Assembly: GCA_963712745.1 (NCBI GenBank)
Contig: CAVQJC010000015.1
Coordinates: 128,001-192,000, forward strand
Source of the DNA: an uncultured Chloroflexia bacterium
GTDB taxonomy: Bacteria > Chloroflexota > Limnocylindria > Limnocylindrales > CSP1-4
Reading direction: 5' to 3'
Length of the DNA: 64,000 nucleotides
The notes under the pieces were generated by a model that did not search any database, had not been told where the DNA came from, and was given only the letters and a program-made list of their open reading frames with translations. A program made the position numbers and the translations under genes. This document shows, in pieces, positions 1 through 8,385 of this stretch. Position 1 is the stretch's first letter. Each line of letters begins with the position of its first letter.

Positions 1-1257
1 TCGGACATCGACGTCCTCGCACCGGGCACATGCGTGCGCTCGCTCGACTACGACAACCCCTCGGGCAACGGCACCATGGTCATGACCGGCACTTCCATGG
101 CTGCCCCACACGTGACCGGTGCCCTGGCGCGCTACCTCGACGGCCACGCCGATCCGGGCCCCGACCAGCTGCGCAAGATGGTGAGGGCGGCCGGCAGGCT
201 CGACTGGGATGCGGACTCGGACCCGTCGTGGTCCGGCAACGACCTGAGCAAGGCGCCCGAGCGCCTGCTTGACGCGGCCATGCTGGCCGGCCCCCAGAAG
301 CTCAGGACCTGGGTCTACCACACGGCGCTCAAGGCCCCCTTGACCATCACCAAGCGCTCGACCCGCGTCGATGTGCAGCGCGGGGGTGGCTACGCCGGGG
401 ATGTCGCGCTCAACCTCAACGGTCTGCCCGCGGCCGTGGGCGATGCCCAGTACGGGGACGACGTGCTCGAGGGCCTGGGCGAGCTGGGCACGAAGCTCGA
501 CCTGACGCTCAAGTTGAACGGTCCCGACGGGGTCTACGACCTCGGCGTGAAGGCCAACGGGTCGGGAGTCGATGCCTCCAGCACGATGCTGTCGTTGAAG
601 GTGGACCGCACCGGGCCCAAGGTCAGGGGCCTGACCCCCAGGATCGTCGGTAGCCGCACCGCTATCGGCACCAAGCGTGCCACCAAGACGCAGCTGCGCT
701 GGACGGTGACGGACAAGCTCAGCAACGTGGCCTGGGCGAGGTTGCAGCAGAAGGGCCCGAGCGGGGATTGGGTCAATCCCAGCCCGGCGGGCAACCGCAG
801 CGCGATCGTCACCATCAAGCCCGGCAAGAAGTACGACTTCCGCGTCAAGGCCAAGGACACGCTCGGCAACGCCTCCCGCAGTGGCGTCCTGAGCGCCCGG
901 CTCGTGGTCTACGACTCCAAGAACGGCGCATGGCGCGTGCCCTCGTCGCGCTGGACGACCAAGCCGCGATCGACCGCTCTGGGCGGCTCGATCCTGAAGG
1001 CCAGGGGCAAGACTGCCAGCACCCGCATCGTCGTCTCCGGCAAGGCCGTGGCGCTGGTCTCACCCATCGGCCCATCACGCGGCAAGCTGCGCGTGCGCAT
1101 CGACGGCGGTTCCTGGGAGAACATCGACCTCGGCGCATCGAGCGATGCCGACCGGCGCGTGGTCTGGAGCCACAAGCTCTCGCCGGGCAAGCGCACCATC
1201 GAGGTCCAGGGCGTGAGCGGCAAGTCCGCGGTCGATGCGCTCTTCGTCATCCAGTAG
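1..1257 (+). CDS. S8 (subtilisin-like) serine peptidase, 5'-truncated, with C-terminal beta-sandwich/FN3-like domains
   Basis: Frame 1 is open from base 1: DIDVLAPG...MTGTSMAAPHVTG (subtilase catalytic Ser motif), followed by an FN3-like YDFRVKAKDTLGN segment. Confidence 0.85.
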   Translation, partial: SDIDVLAPGTCVRSLDYDNPSGNGTMVMTGTSMAAPHVTGALARYLDGHADPGPDQLRKMVRAAGRLDWDADSDPSWSGNDLSKAPERLLDAAMLAGPQKLRTWVYHTALKAPLTITKRSTRVDVQRGGGYAGDVALNLNGLPAAVGDAQYGDDVLEGLGELGTKLDLTLKLNGPDGVYDLGVKANGSGVDASSTMLSLKVDRTGPKVRGLTPRIVGSRTAIGTKRATKTQLRWTVTDKLSNVAWARLQQKGPSGDWVNPSPAGNRSAIVTIKPGKKYDFRVKAKDTLGNASRSGVLSARLVVYDSKNGAWRVPSSRWTTKPRSTALGGSILKARGKTASTRIVVSGKAVALVSPIGPSRGKLRVRIDGGSWENIDLGASSDADRRVVWSHKLSPGKRTIEVQGVSGKSAVDALFVIQ

Positions 1258-1284
1258 CACGCGCTCGCTCGAGCGGCTCCGGTC

Positions 1285-2727
1285 CTAGCGTTCGACGACC
1301 CGCCGGTAGGCTGCCTCATACTCACGAGCCGGCAAACGCCACGAGTGGTCACGTGCCATGCCCTGTATCTGGATGTGTCGGAACCTCGGCCCGTCCTCCA
1401 TGGCCGCGAAGGCGCGACGGACTGCCTCGAGCAGCGATATCGCATCGGCCGGCCCGAAGACGAAACCGGTGCCGCGATCGGGGTCCTCGTCGGCATCGAC
1501 GACGGTGTCGGCCAGGCCACCGGCGGCCCGCACCACTGGCGGTGTGGCGTAGCGCATGGCGATGATCTGGCCCTGCCCGCAGGGCTCGAAGCGCGAGGGC
1601 ATCAGGAACAGGTCGGAACCGGCATAGATGCGCCGGGCCTCATCCCGGTCGAAGCGCTCGAGCACGGCGATACGACCGGGATGCCGGGCAGCCGCCTCCA
1701 CGAGCCCGGCCACCAGCTGTGCGTTGCCGGTGCCGAGGACGATAAGCCGGGCACCCATGGCCACCAGCTCCGGGGCCGCGGCGGTCACCAGGTCGAAGCC
1801 CTTCTGCGGATCCAGGCGGCCGATGACGCCGAGCAGTGGACCGTCCGGATCGAGTCCGTTGCGGGCCATCAAGTCGGCCCGGGTCAGAGCCTTGGGAGCC
1901 AGGTCCGAGGCGTCGTACGGCGCCACCAGCGTCGGATCGCTGGCCGGATCCCAGAGGCCGGTGTCGATGCCGTTGATGATGCCGATGTAGCGGTCGCCGC
2001 GGTCGCGCAGGGCATCATCGAGGCCAGCGCCGAACTCCGGCGTGAGCGACTCGCGCGCGTAGTTGGGGCTGACGGTATTGACGATGTCCGCCGCACCGAT
2101 GGCCTCGCGCAGCAGATCGACACCATCCGGCTTGCCCACGCTCGCGGGCAGATCGAGCTGCCAAGCCAGCTCCCGCGGGGTCCAGCCGTGGTACGCGAGG
2201 TTGTGACAGGTCAGCATGGTGGCGGCCGCGGACAGCAGAGGATCGCCGCCGTAGCGGTGGCGCAGTGAGAGCAGGGCCGGGGCCGCTTGCCAGTCGTGGC
2301 CATGGATGACATCGACCGGCCGGGCCTCAGCCCGGATGGCCTCCAGGGCAGCCCGCCCCAGCAGGCTGAAACGGGCCGGATTGTCGGCGTAGTCGGCACT
2401 GCCGTCCATGTAGTAGCTCTCGCGATCGAAGGACGCGGGGTGTTGCACCAGCCTCAGCCGGTATCCATCCGCCTGTCCGCTCCACAGCTTCACCGTCTCG
2501 TGCCGCGCCTCCCCGTCCGGGCTGCCCACCGGCACCCGTACCTCGAGCGGCACGAGGTCGGCCGGTGGGGTCAGGCCGTGGTACCAGGGCAGGTAGACAT
2601 CGACCTCGTGGCCAAGACCGGCCGGCCCGGGCAGGCCCAGCGCTCGGGACAGCGCGTCGACCACGTCGGCCAGTCCGCCGGTCTTGGCCCAGGGCTCGCA
2701 CTCGGAAGCGACCATCGCGATGCGCAT
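1285..2727 (-). CDS. glgA: Glycogen synthase (GT5)
   Basis: MRIAMVASECEPWAKTGGLADV (KTGGL motif), HGHDWQ, RLDPQKGFD, PSRFEPCG; alternative start at 2739. Confidence 0.95.
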   Translation of the reverse strand: MRIAMVASECEPWAKTGGLADVVDALSRALGLPGPAGLGHEVDVYLPWYHGLTPPADLVPLEVRVPVGSPDGEARHETVKLWSGQADGYRLRLVQHPASFDRESYYMDGSADYADNPARFSLLGRAALEAIRAEARPVDVIHGHDWQAAPALLSLRHRYGGDPLLSAAATMLTCHNLAYHGWTPRELAWQLDLPASVGKPDGVDLLREAIGAADIVNTVSPNYARESLTPEFGAGLDDALRDRGDRYIGIINGIDTGLWDPASDPTLVAPYDASDLAPKALTRADLMARNGLDPDGPLLGVIGRLDPQKGFDLVTAAAPELVAMGARLIVLGTGNAQLVAGLVEAAARHPGRIAVLERFDRDEARRIYAGSDLFLMPSRFEPCGQGQIIAMRYATPPVVRAAGGLADTVVDADEDPDRGTGFVFGPADAISLLEAVRRAFAAMEDGPRFRHIQIQGMARDHSWRLPAREYEAAYRRVVER

Positions 2728-2832
2728 CGTGGAGGGCATGGTACGCGTTCAGGCGGCACTCCCTCCCGCCCTTGTGGTCGGGTCACGGTCCCGGCGCGCG
2801 GTCGCGCCAGCCGCTGTAGGCTATCGGCCGTC

Positions 2833-5157
2833 ATGCCCATGCCTACCTCCGTCCCCACCTTGCCTGTCCCCGACCATCGTCTGCCCCCGGCACTCGAGGG
2901 TCTCACCCGACTCGCCTACAACATGTACTGGTCCTGGCACCCGGAGGTGCGCTCGCTCTTCGCGCGCGTCGACCGTCGGGTATGGCACCACTTCCGCAGT
3001 CCAGTGGCTGTGCTGCGGGTCCAGCGCGATTGGACCTCGTTGATCGAGGACCCTGACTTCATGGTCCAGTACCAGACGGTGGTGCGCGACTTCGACACCT
3101 ACATGGCCAACGGGCGCGACCATTGGTTCGCGCGCCATCACGGCGACGAGCTCGATGGTCCAGTGGCCTACTTCTGCGCGGAGTATGGCCTGCAGGAGTC
3201 GCTGCCGATCTACTCGGGCGGCCTGGGCGTGCTCGCGGGCGATCACTGCAAGACCGCCTCCGACATGGCCCTGCCCTTCGTGGCGGTCGGCCTCTTCTAC
3301 CGGCGCGGCTACTTCCGCCAGTCCATCGACGCTGACGGCCACCAGGAGCACGGGTACTTCAACCTTGACCCGGCCCGGCTGCCGCTGCTACGAGTCGTGG
3401 ACCCGCTGGGTGAGCCGGCCATGGTCAGCGTGGAGCTGCCCGGCCGCACGGTGTACGCCGCCGTCTGGCTGGTTCAAGTCGGGCGCGTGCCGCTGCTGCT
3501 GCTCGACACCGACGTGCCCGAGAACGCCGAGAGTGACCGGCCCATCAGCCACATCCTCTACGTGCGCGGTCGCGAGATGCGCCTTCACCAGGAACTCATC
3601 CTGGGCGTCGGCGGCGTACGCGCGCTGCGCAAGCTGGGCATCTCCCCCGCGGTCTGGCATCTCAACGAGGGCCACTCCGCCTTCATGCTCGCCGAACAGG
3701 CCCGGGAGCGGGTGGCCAAGGGCGCCACGCTCGAGGAGGCCTTCGCGACCGTGCGCAAGACGGCCGTCTTCACCATCCACACGCCGGTGCCGGCGGGAAA
3801 CGAGCGCTTCAGCGCCAAGCTGGTGCGACGGCTGACCGCGCCGGAGGCGAAAGCCGCAGGCCTCGATATCGACCGCATCCTGGAGATGGGCCTGGGCGTG
3901 GACGGCGACGTCGGCCAGTTCGATATGACCGCGTTCGCGCTGCGCAACACCATCAACGCCAATGGCGTGAGCCATCTTCACGGCCGCGTGGCCAACGAGA
4001 CCTGGACGCCTATCACCGACCACCCCATCCTCGGCATCACCAATGGCGTCCATCCACCCACCTGGGTCGGGCGGCCGATGCGCAGGGTCCTCGAGGAGCT
4101 CGGAGGCAACCTCGACCACCAGGAGACCGAACGTGAGCAGGACCGCTTCTGGGAGCGCATGAACCTGGTCAGGGACGAGGAGCTCTGGCGTGCCCATCTG
4201 CAGCAGAAAGCGGCCCTGCAGGAGTACGCCCGCATCAGGCTGCGGCGGCAGCTCGCCCGACACGGCGAGGCGCCCGACACGCTCGCGGAGCTGAGTGACA
4301 TCCTTGACCCGCAGGTGCTGACCATCGGCTTCGCCCGGCGCATGGCTACCTACAAGCGCGCGTCCCTGCTGTTCAGCGACGTCGAGCGCATCACGCGCAT
4401 CATCACCGACGCTGAGCGGCCGGTGCAGCTGGTGTTCGCTGGCAAGGCCCATCCGGCCGACCGGCCCGGTCAGGGCGTCATCCAGACGATCTTCGAGCAC
4501 AGCCGCTCGGCAGCCCTGCGCGGCCGGATATTCATCCTCGAGGACTACGACATGCGCGTCGGCCGGCACCTCGTCCAGGGCGTGGACGTGTGGCTGAACA
4601 ACCCGCGCCGGCCGCTGGAGGCCTCGGGCACGAGCGGCCAGAAAGCGGCCATGAACGGCGTCATCAACCTGTCCATCCTCGACGGCTGGTGGGACGAGGG
4701 CTTCCACGGCGACAACGGTTGGGCCATCGGCGGCCGGGATTCCAACCCCGACGAGGGGGCCCAGGACTGGGCCGACGCCCAGGACCTCTACCGGCTGCTG
4801 GAAGAGGAGATCGTGCCGCTGTGGTACGACCGTGACGAGGACGGTGTGCCGCAGGGCTGGCTCGACCGCATGCGGCGCGCGGCGGGGACATCGCTGTGGG
4901 ACTTCTCCACCACGCGCATGCTGGCCGAGTACGTCGAGCGCATGTACCTTCCGGCAGCCTCGGGCAGCTCGGGCACGACCGGCAGCTCGGGCACGACCGG
5001 CAGCTCGGGCACGACCGGCAGCTCGGGCACGACCGGCAGCTCGGGCACGACCGGTAGCTCGGGCACGACGCCGCCTGGTCAGCCGGGCACGACCGGCAGC
5101 TCGGGCACGACCGGCAGCTCGGGCACGACCGGCAGCTCGGGCACGACCGGCAGCTGA
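2833..5157 (+). CDS. glgP: Alpha-glucan (glycogen) phosphorylase
   Basis: LAYNMYWSW, AYFCAEYGL..SLPIYSGGLGVLAGDH, FARRMATYKR, EASGTSGQKAAMNG (PLP lysine); start placed at MPMPT. Confidence 0.95.
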   Translation: MPMPTSVPTLPVPDHRLPPALEGLTRLAYNMYWSWHPEVRSLFARVDRRVWHHFRSPVAVLRVQRDWTSLIEDPDFMVQYQTVVRDFDTYMANGRDHWFARHHGDELDGPVAYFCAEYGLQESLPIYSGGLGVLAGDHCKTASDMALPFVAVGLFYRRGYFRQSIDADGHQEHGYFNLDPARLPLLRVVDPLGEPAMVSVELPGRTVYAAVWLVQVGRVPLLLLDTDVPENAESDRPISHILYVRGREMRLHQELILGVGGVRALRKLGISPAVWHLNEGHSAFMLAEQARERVAKGATLEEAFATVRKTAVFTIHTPVPAGNERFSAKLVRRLTAPEAKAAGLDIDRILEMGLGVDGDVGQFDMTAFALRNTINANGVSHLHGRVANETWTPITDHPILGITNGVHPPTWVGRPMRRVLEELGGNLDHQETEREQDRFWERMNLVRDEELWRAHLQQKAALQEYARIRLRRQLARHGEAPDTLAELSDILDPQVLTIGFARRMATYKRASLLFSDVERITRIITDAERPVQLVFAGKAHPADRPGQGVIQTIFEHSRSAALRGRIFILEDYDMRVGRHLVQGVDVWLNNPRRPLEASGTSGQKAAMNGVINLSILDGWWDEGFHGDNGWAIGGRDSNPDEGAQDWADAQDLYRLLEEEIVPLWYDRDEDGVPQGWLDRMRRAAGTSLWDFSTTRMLAEYVERMYLPAASGSSGTTGSSGTTGSSGTTGSSGTTGSSGTTGSSGTTPPGQPGTTGSSGTTGSSGTTGSSGTTGS

Positions 5158-5186
5158 GGGGCGACGCCGCCTGGTCAGCCGGGCAG
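4963..5186. repeat. 18-bp tandem repeat GGCAGCTCGGGCACGACC (GSSGTT) at the glgP 3' end
   Basis: Six units from 4963, an interruption, three more units plus a partial one ending at the stop; the interrupting CGACGCCGCCTGGTCAGCCGGGCA recurs just after the stop. Confidence 0.95.
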
Positions 5187-5197
5187 CTCCTCGCCAG

Positions 5198-5387
5198 TTC
5201 TTCGCGATCATTGCACGCGAAGTGCTCCGAAGGCCGACTCGAGCGCCGTGCGGCTCTGTCCCAGTGCCGGGCGCGGCATGGATGACGGTCTGCACCGGTC
5301 GGGCTATGCCCAGCCGAGCGTGGGATCCGCCGGGAATCAGTCCGGCATTCGCCACCGTGGCCGGGTCCGTTCAGCGATCGCGAAGAG
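5198..5387. mobile_element. MITE-like element family 1, copy a (190 bp, 20-bp imperfect terminal inverted repeats)
   Basis: Left TTCTTCGCGATCATTGCACG vs reverse complement of right end CTCTTCGCGATCGCTGAACG (16/20); similar ends and length at 41715-41903. Confidence 0.55.
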
Positions 5388-5445
5388 TCGTCCTGCAATG
5401 GTCGTCCGGCGACGGATCGGTGGATCGGTGGATCGGTGACACACG

Positions 5446-6324
5446 TCAGCGGCGGCGCGGGTCCTCGGCAACGAGCCAGCGTGTCCAGCTGAAAGCGCGT
5501 TCGAAGCCAAGCCTGGTATAGACCGCCAGCGCCGCGTCGTTGTCCTCGTGGACCGAGAGCCAGACCACGCGATTGCCAGTGGCCAGTCCGGCTCGCGTCG
5601 CGATGGTGGTGATGAGCGCGCCGAAGCCTCGGCCGCGCCACTCTTCGGCCACGCCGATGCCCTGCAGACCGGCCACACCCTCGCCCTGCGACAGGCGCGC
5701 CACGGCCACCGCTTCGTCGGCCAGCCACACGACCCAGGCACGCAGGCGGCCGGTTTCGAGGGCGTCGGTGAGCGCCCCGCGGCGCCGCTGGGCCTGCTCG
5801 GCGCCGATGCCGAAGATGCGCCGCTCCAGGGCCTCGTGCGTCTCGAGCGTGCGCGGCTGTACGGCCTCGATGCGCAGCCCTGCATCGAGGTGCGGGACCA
5901 CCGAAGCATGGCCGACCCACATCACGGTCTCGCCGAGGACCGGCATCCAGCCCTGCCGTTCGAGCTCGGCCGCGACGTCTCCGTGCAGATCTGGCCAGTC
6001 ACACAGCAGCATCGAGGGCCAACCGCCCGCGTCGAGCATGCGGCTACGCACGGCCGCCAGCGACCCTGGCCACGTGGCCTCATCCCACTGCGGCAGCGCC
6101 GCATACGACAGGTCCGGCCCGGATCCCGGACCCCGCACGAAGGTGACACCGAGGTCGTCATCGACGGTGACCTCGGCACCCTCCTGGCCGGGCAGGCTGA
6201 CGAGGTGCCGCTGGATGGCGGCGAGCTCCTCCGTCGTCGGCGGCTCGACCTTGGGCACGGTCTCCTCGCGTGGGCGGGCGCTCTTCGGCCTGCGGATGGG
6301 CGAGTCGGGACGCAGCTCGCTCAT
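5446..6324 (-). CDS. GNAT family N-acetyltransferase
   Basis: C-terminal IGVAEEWRGRGFG acetyl-CoA motif A and N..ALAVYTRLGF motif B. Confidence 0.85.
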   Translation of the reverse strand: MSELRPDSPIRRPKSARPREETVPKVEPPTTEELAAIQRHLVSLPGQEGAEVTVDDDLGVTFVRGPGSGPDLSYAALPQWDEATWPGSLAAVRSRMLDAGGWPSMLLCDWPDLHGDVAAELERQGWMPVLGETVMWVGHASVVPHLDAGLRIEAVQPRTLETHEALERRIFGIGAEQAQRRRGALTDALETGRLRAWVVWLADEAVAVARLSQGEGVAGLQGIGVAEEWRGRGFGALITTIATRAGLATGNRVVWLSVHEDNDAALAVYTRLGFERAFSWTRWLVAEDPRRR

Positions 6325-8246
6325 CAGCCGGCCACCCCGGCGGCTCCGTCAGCTCCCGTCGCACCGGCGGCTCCGTCAGCTCCCGTCGCACCGGCGGCTC
6401 CGTCAGCTCCCGTCGCACCGGCGGCGGCGCTCAGGTCGTCTCCGAGTACCAGGCGCCGACACCACTTGATTGGCGGCGTGCCGTGGCTGATGACAGCCTC
6501 CAGGTGCGCTCGCTGGTCGAAACCGGGTGAGTCGCCCATGCCGCCGCGGATGTGCTGCTCGGGGACGTCCGCCGCCGAGGCCCCGACCCGGGCCGCGGCC
6601 GCTCGGCGGGCCGCCACCTCCAGGTCCCACATCTCGAGTGAGCCCACGAAGTAGGTCGACAGCTGCGTCGAGCTGATCCTTGCGCGCAGCCACTTGCCGC
6701 GTGCCTCGTCCTGCTCCTGCCAGGCACCGTCGACCATCAACGCCAAGGCCTCGTGCTCGGTCATGGCGCCCGTGTGCGTCTCCACGTCCAGGATGGCGTT
6801 GGCTGTCGCCCGCAGGTACATCTTCCAGTGCTGCATGGCGAAGCCCGGGTCGTCGGCCGCGTAGCCTGCGTCGTACATGACCTGGGTCACGTAGACTGCC
6901 CAGCCCTCCGCGAACATGCCGTTGGTGAATATGGTGCGCGCCAGTGAAGAGCAGCGGTTGGAAGCCGCCAGCTGCAGGTAGTGGCCCGGGATGCCCTCGT
7001 GGATGCTGAGGATGCGCAGCGCGGCGTCGTTCTCCTCGCGCAGGTACGAGGCCACCGCATCGGGTCCCTCACTCTCGTCGGGCGGAGTGATCCAGAAGTG
7101 CGACTTCTGACCGCGGTCGAGAGGGCCCGGGCTGTCAAGGAAGGCGCGAGCGGCGGCGCGCAGATAGGCGGGCGTCCAGGTGACAGACAGCGCCTCGTGC
7201 GGCAGGGTGATGAGGCCGCGCTCGCGGCAGAACGCAGCGATCCGTCCGATCTCGGCCTCGCAGTAGCCGAGCAGCCCGTCAGGCGACTGATGCTGCTCGC
7301 CGATAGTGTCCAGGACGCGCCTGACCAGCTCCGACTCAGCGGCCTCGTCTCCAGCCATGATGTTCGGCAGGGCCTCATCCGGGACCCAGGTGGCCCACAG
7401 CTCGCGAGCCAGCCGCACCATCTCCGCGCGGACCGCGTGATAGTCGGCCCAGGCCCGCTCACGCACTTCCTCGGGGGACAGGTCGGAGCCCAGCGTGAAG
7501 CGCAGCTTCGCAGCGTAGAGCTCGCGGCCCAAGCGGCCTTCGCCGGAGGCGTGCGCGCGTATCTCGGTATCAAGCGCTTCGCGGACGGTCTCCAGCGCAT
7601 CAAGGGCACGCTCCGCGGCGGCCTCGATGGGCTCTACCAGACTCGGCGCCTCTCCTGCTTCCGCCCGCCTGCGCGCCTCCGCCACTGCTTCCTCGACGAG
7701 CTCGGTCACGCCCGGCAGCTGTGCCAGTGCCGTGTCCAGCTGCAGCAAGCCCACCGGTCGATCGGGCAGGCCGGTCAATCCGGCCAGCGCGTCCTTGGTG
7801 AGCGCGGACAGGCCTTCGATGCGAGCGAGCAGCGAGACCCCCCGCTCCGACCAGGGCGCGTACTCGCGCGAGAGCAGGCCGAACAACCCACCGCCGATGA
7901 GGTAGACGAGCTCAAGCGGGTCCCACGCCTCCGCTCGCAGGACCTGCTCGCTGAAGACTACCTTGTCGAGCTCCTCGAGCAGGATGTGCCGGTCGACGCA
8001 CTCATCGGTCGAGAGCTCGGCGTCGCCGAACGCCTCGAGGCGCTCCCGGTGGCGCGCGAACGTGGCCAGGCGTCGGGCACGACCCTCTTCGCTGAGGTCG
8101 GGCCAGCGGTCATCGACTCGGTGATAGCCGGTCATCGTGCCCCAGGTCGGATAGGCCTCCAAGAGATCGACGATGAACTCGACGGCGACCCGCTCGAAGG
8201 CAGTACGGGGCTCGGGTAGCCCGTCGGGGCGCAGGGTGACGGTCAC
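6324..8246 (-). CDS. DUF885 family protein (putative metallopeptidase)
   Basis: HEGIPGHYLQ, FAEGWAVY, TQLSTYFVG motifs; GTG start with GGAGG RBS (the ORF-track start at 9125 overlaps the next gene). Confidence 0.85.
   Translation of the reverse strand: MTVTLRPDGLPEPRTAFERVAVEFIVDLLEAYPTWGTMTGYHRVDDRWPDLSEEGRARRLATFARHRERLEAFGDAELSTDECVDRHILLEELDKVVFSEQVLRAEAWDPLELVYLIGGGLFGLLSREYAPWSERGVSLLARIEGLSALTKDALAGLTGLPDRPVGLLQLDTALAQLPGVTELVEEAVAEARRRAEAGEAPSLVEPIEAAAERALDALETVREALDTEIRAHASGEGRLGRELYAAKLRFTLGSDLSPEEVRERAWADYHAVRAEMVRLARELWATWVPDEALPNIMAGDEAAESELVRRVLDTIGEQHQSPDGLLGYCEAEIGRIAAFCRERGLITLPHEALSVTWTPAYLRAAARAFLDSPGPLDRGQKSHFWITPPDESEGPDAVASYLREENDAALRILSIHEGIPGHYLQLAASNRCSSLARTIFTNGMFAEGWAVYVTQVMYDAGYAADDPGFAMQHWKMYLRATANAILDVETHTGAMTEHEALALMVDGAWQEQDEARGKWLRARISSTQLSTYFVGSLEMWDLEVAARRAAAARVGASAADVPEQHIRGGMGDSPGFDQRAHLEAVISHGTPPIKWCRRLVLGDDLSAAAGATGADGAAGATGADGAAGATGADGAAGVAG
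6337..6425. repeat. 27-bp tandem repeat x3 encoding GATGADGAA at the DUF885 C-terminus
   Basis: CCGGCGGCTCCGTCAGCTCCCGTCGCA at 6337, 6364 and 6391. Confidence 0.95.
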
Positions 8247-8385
8247 TGACCCTCCATGGCGTGCGGTTTCGACGGACGGACCGTCCGATGTGGCGCTCGA
8301 GGGCATCCTACGTCCACTCGCCTGGCTTGGCCGCGCCACCTCGATGCGAGGACGTCGGGCGCAGGCGGGGTACCCTTGGCAGTAG

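Noticed and set aside
2287-2832. N-terminal extension of the 956-aa glgP ORF
   Set aside because: Overlaps glgA on the opposite strand; phosphorylase similarity begins near 2833
3388-5355. Long antisense ORFs (also 41934-44069, 55920-57782 and 59906-61381)
   Set aside because: Typical stop-poor shadow frames of GC-rich genes, with no motifs
8250-8385. SAM or SAH riboswitch upstream of the methionine-synthesis gene
   Set aside because: Only a GTGGCGC/GCGCCAC stem is visible; no recognisable aptamer core, and a -10-like TACCCT lies 9 nt from the ATG
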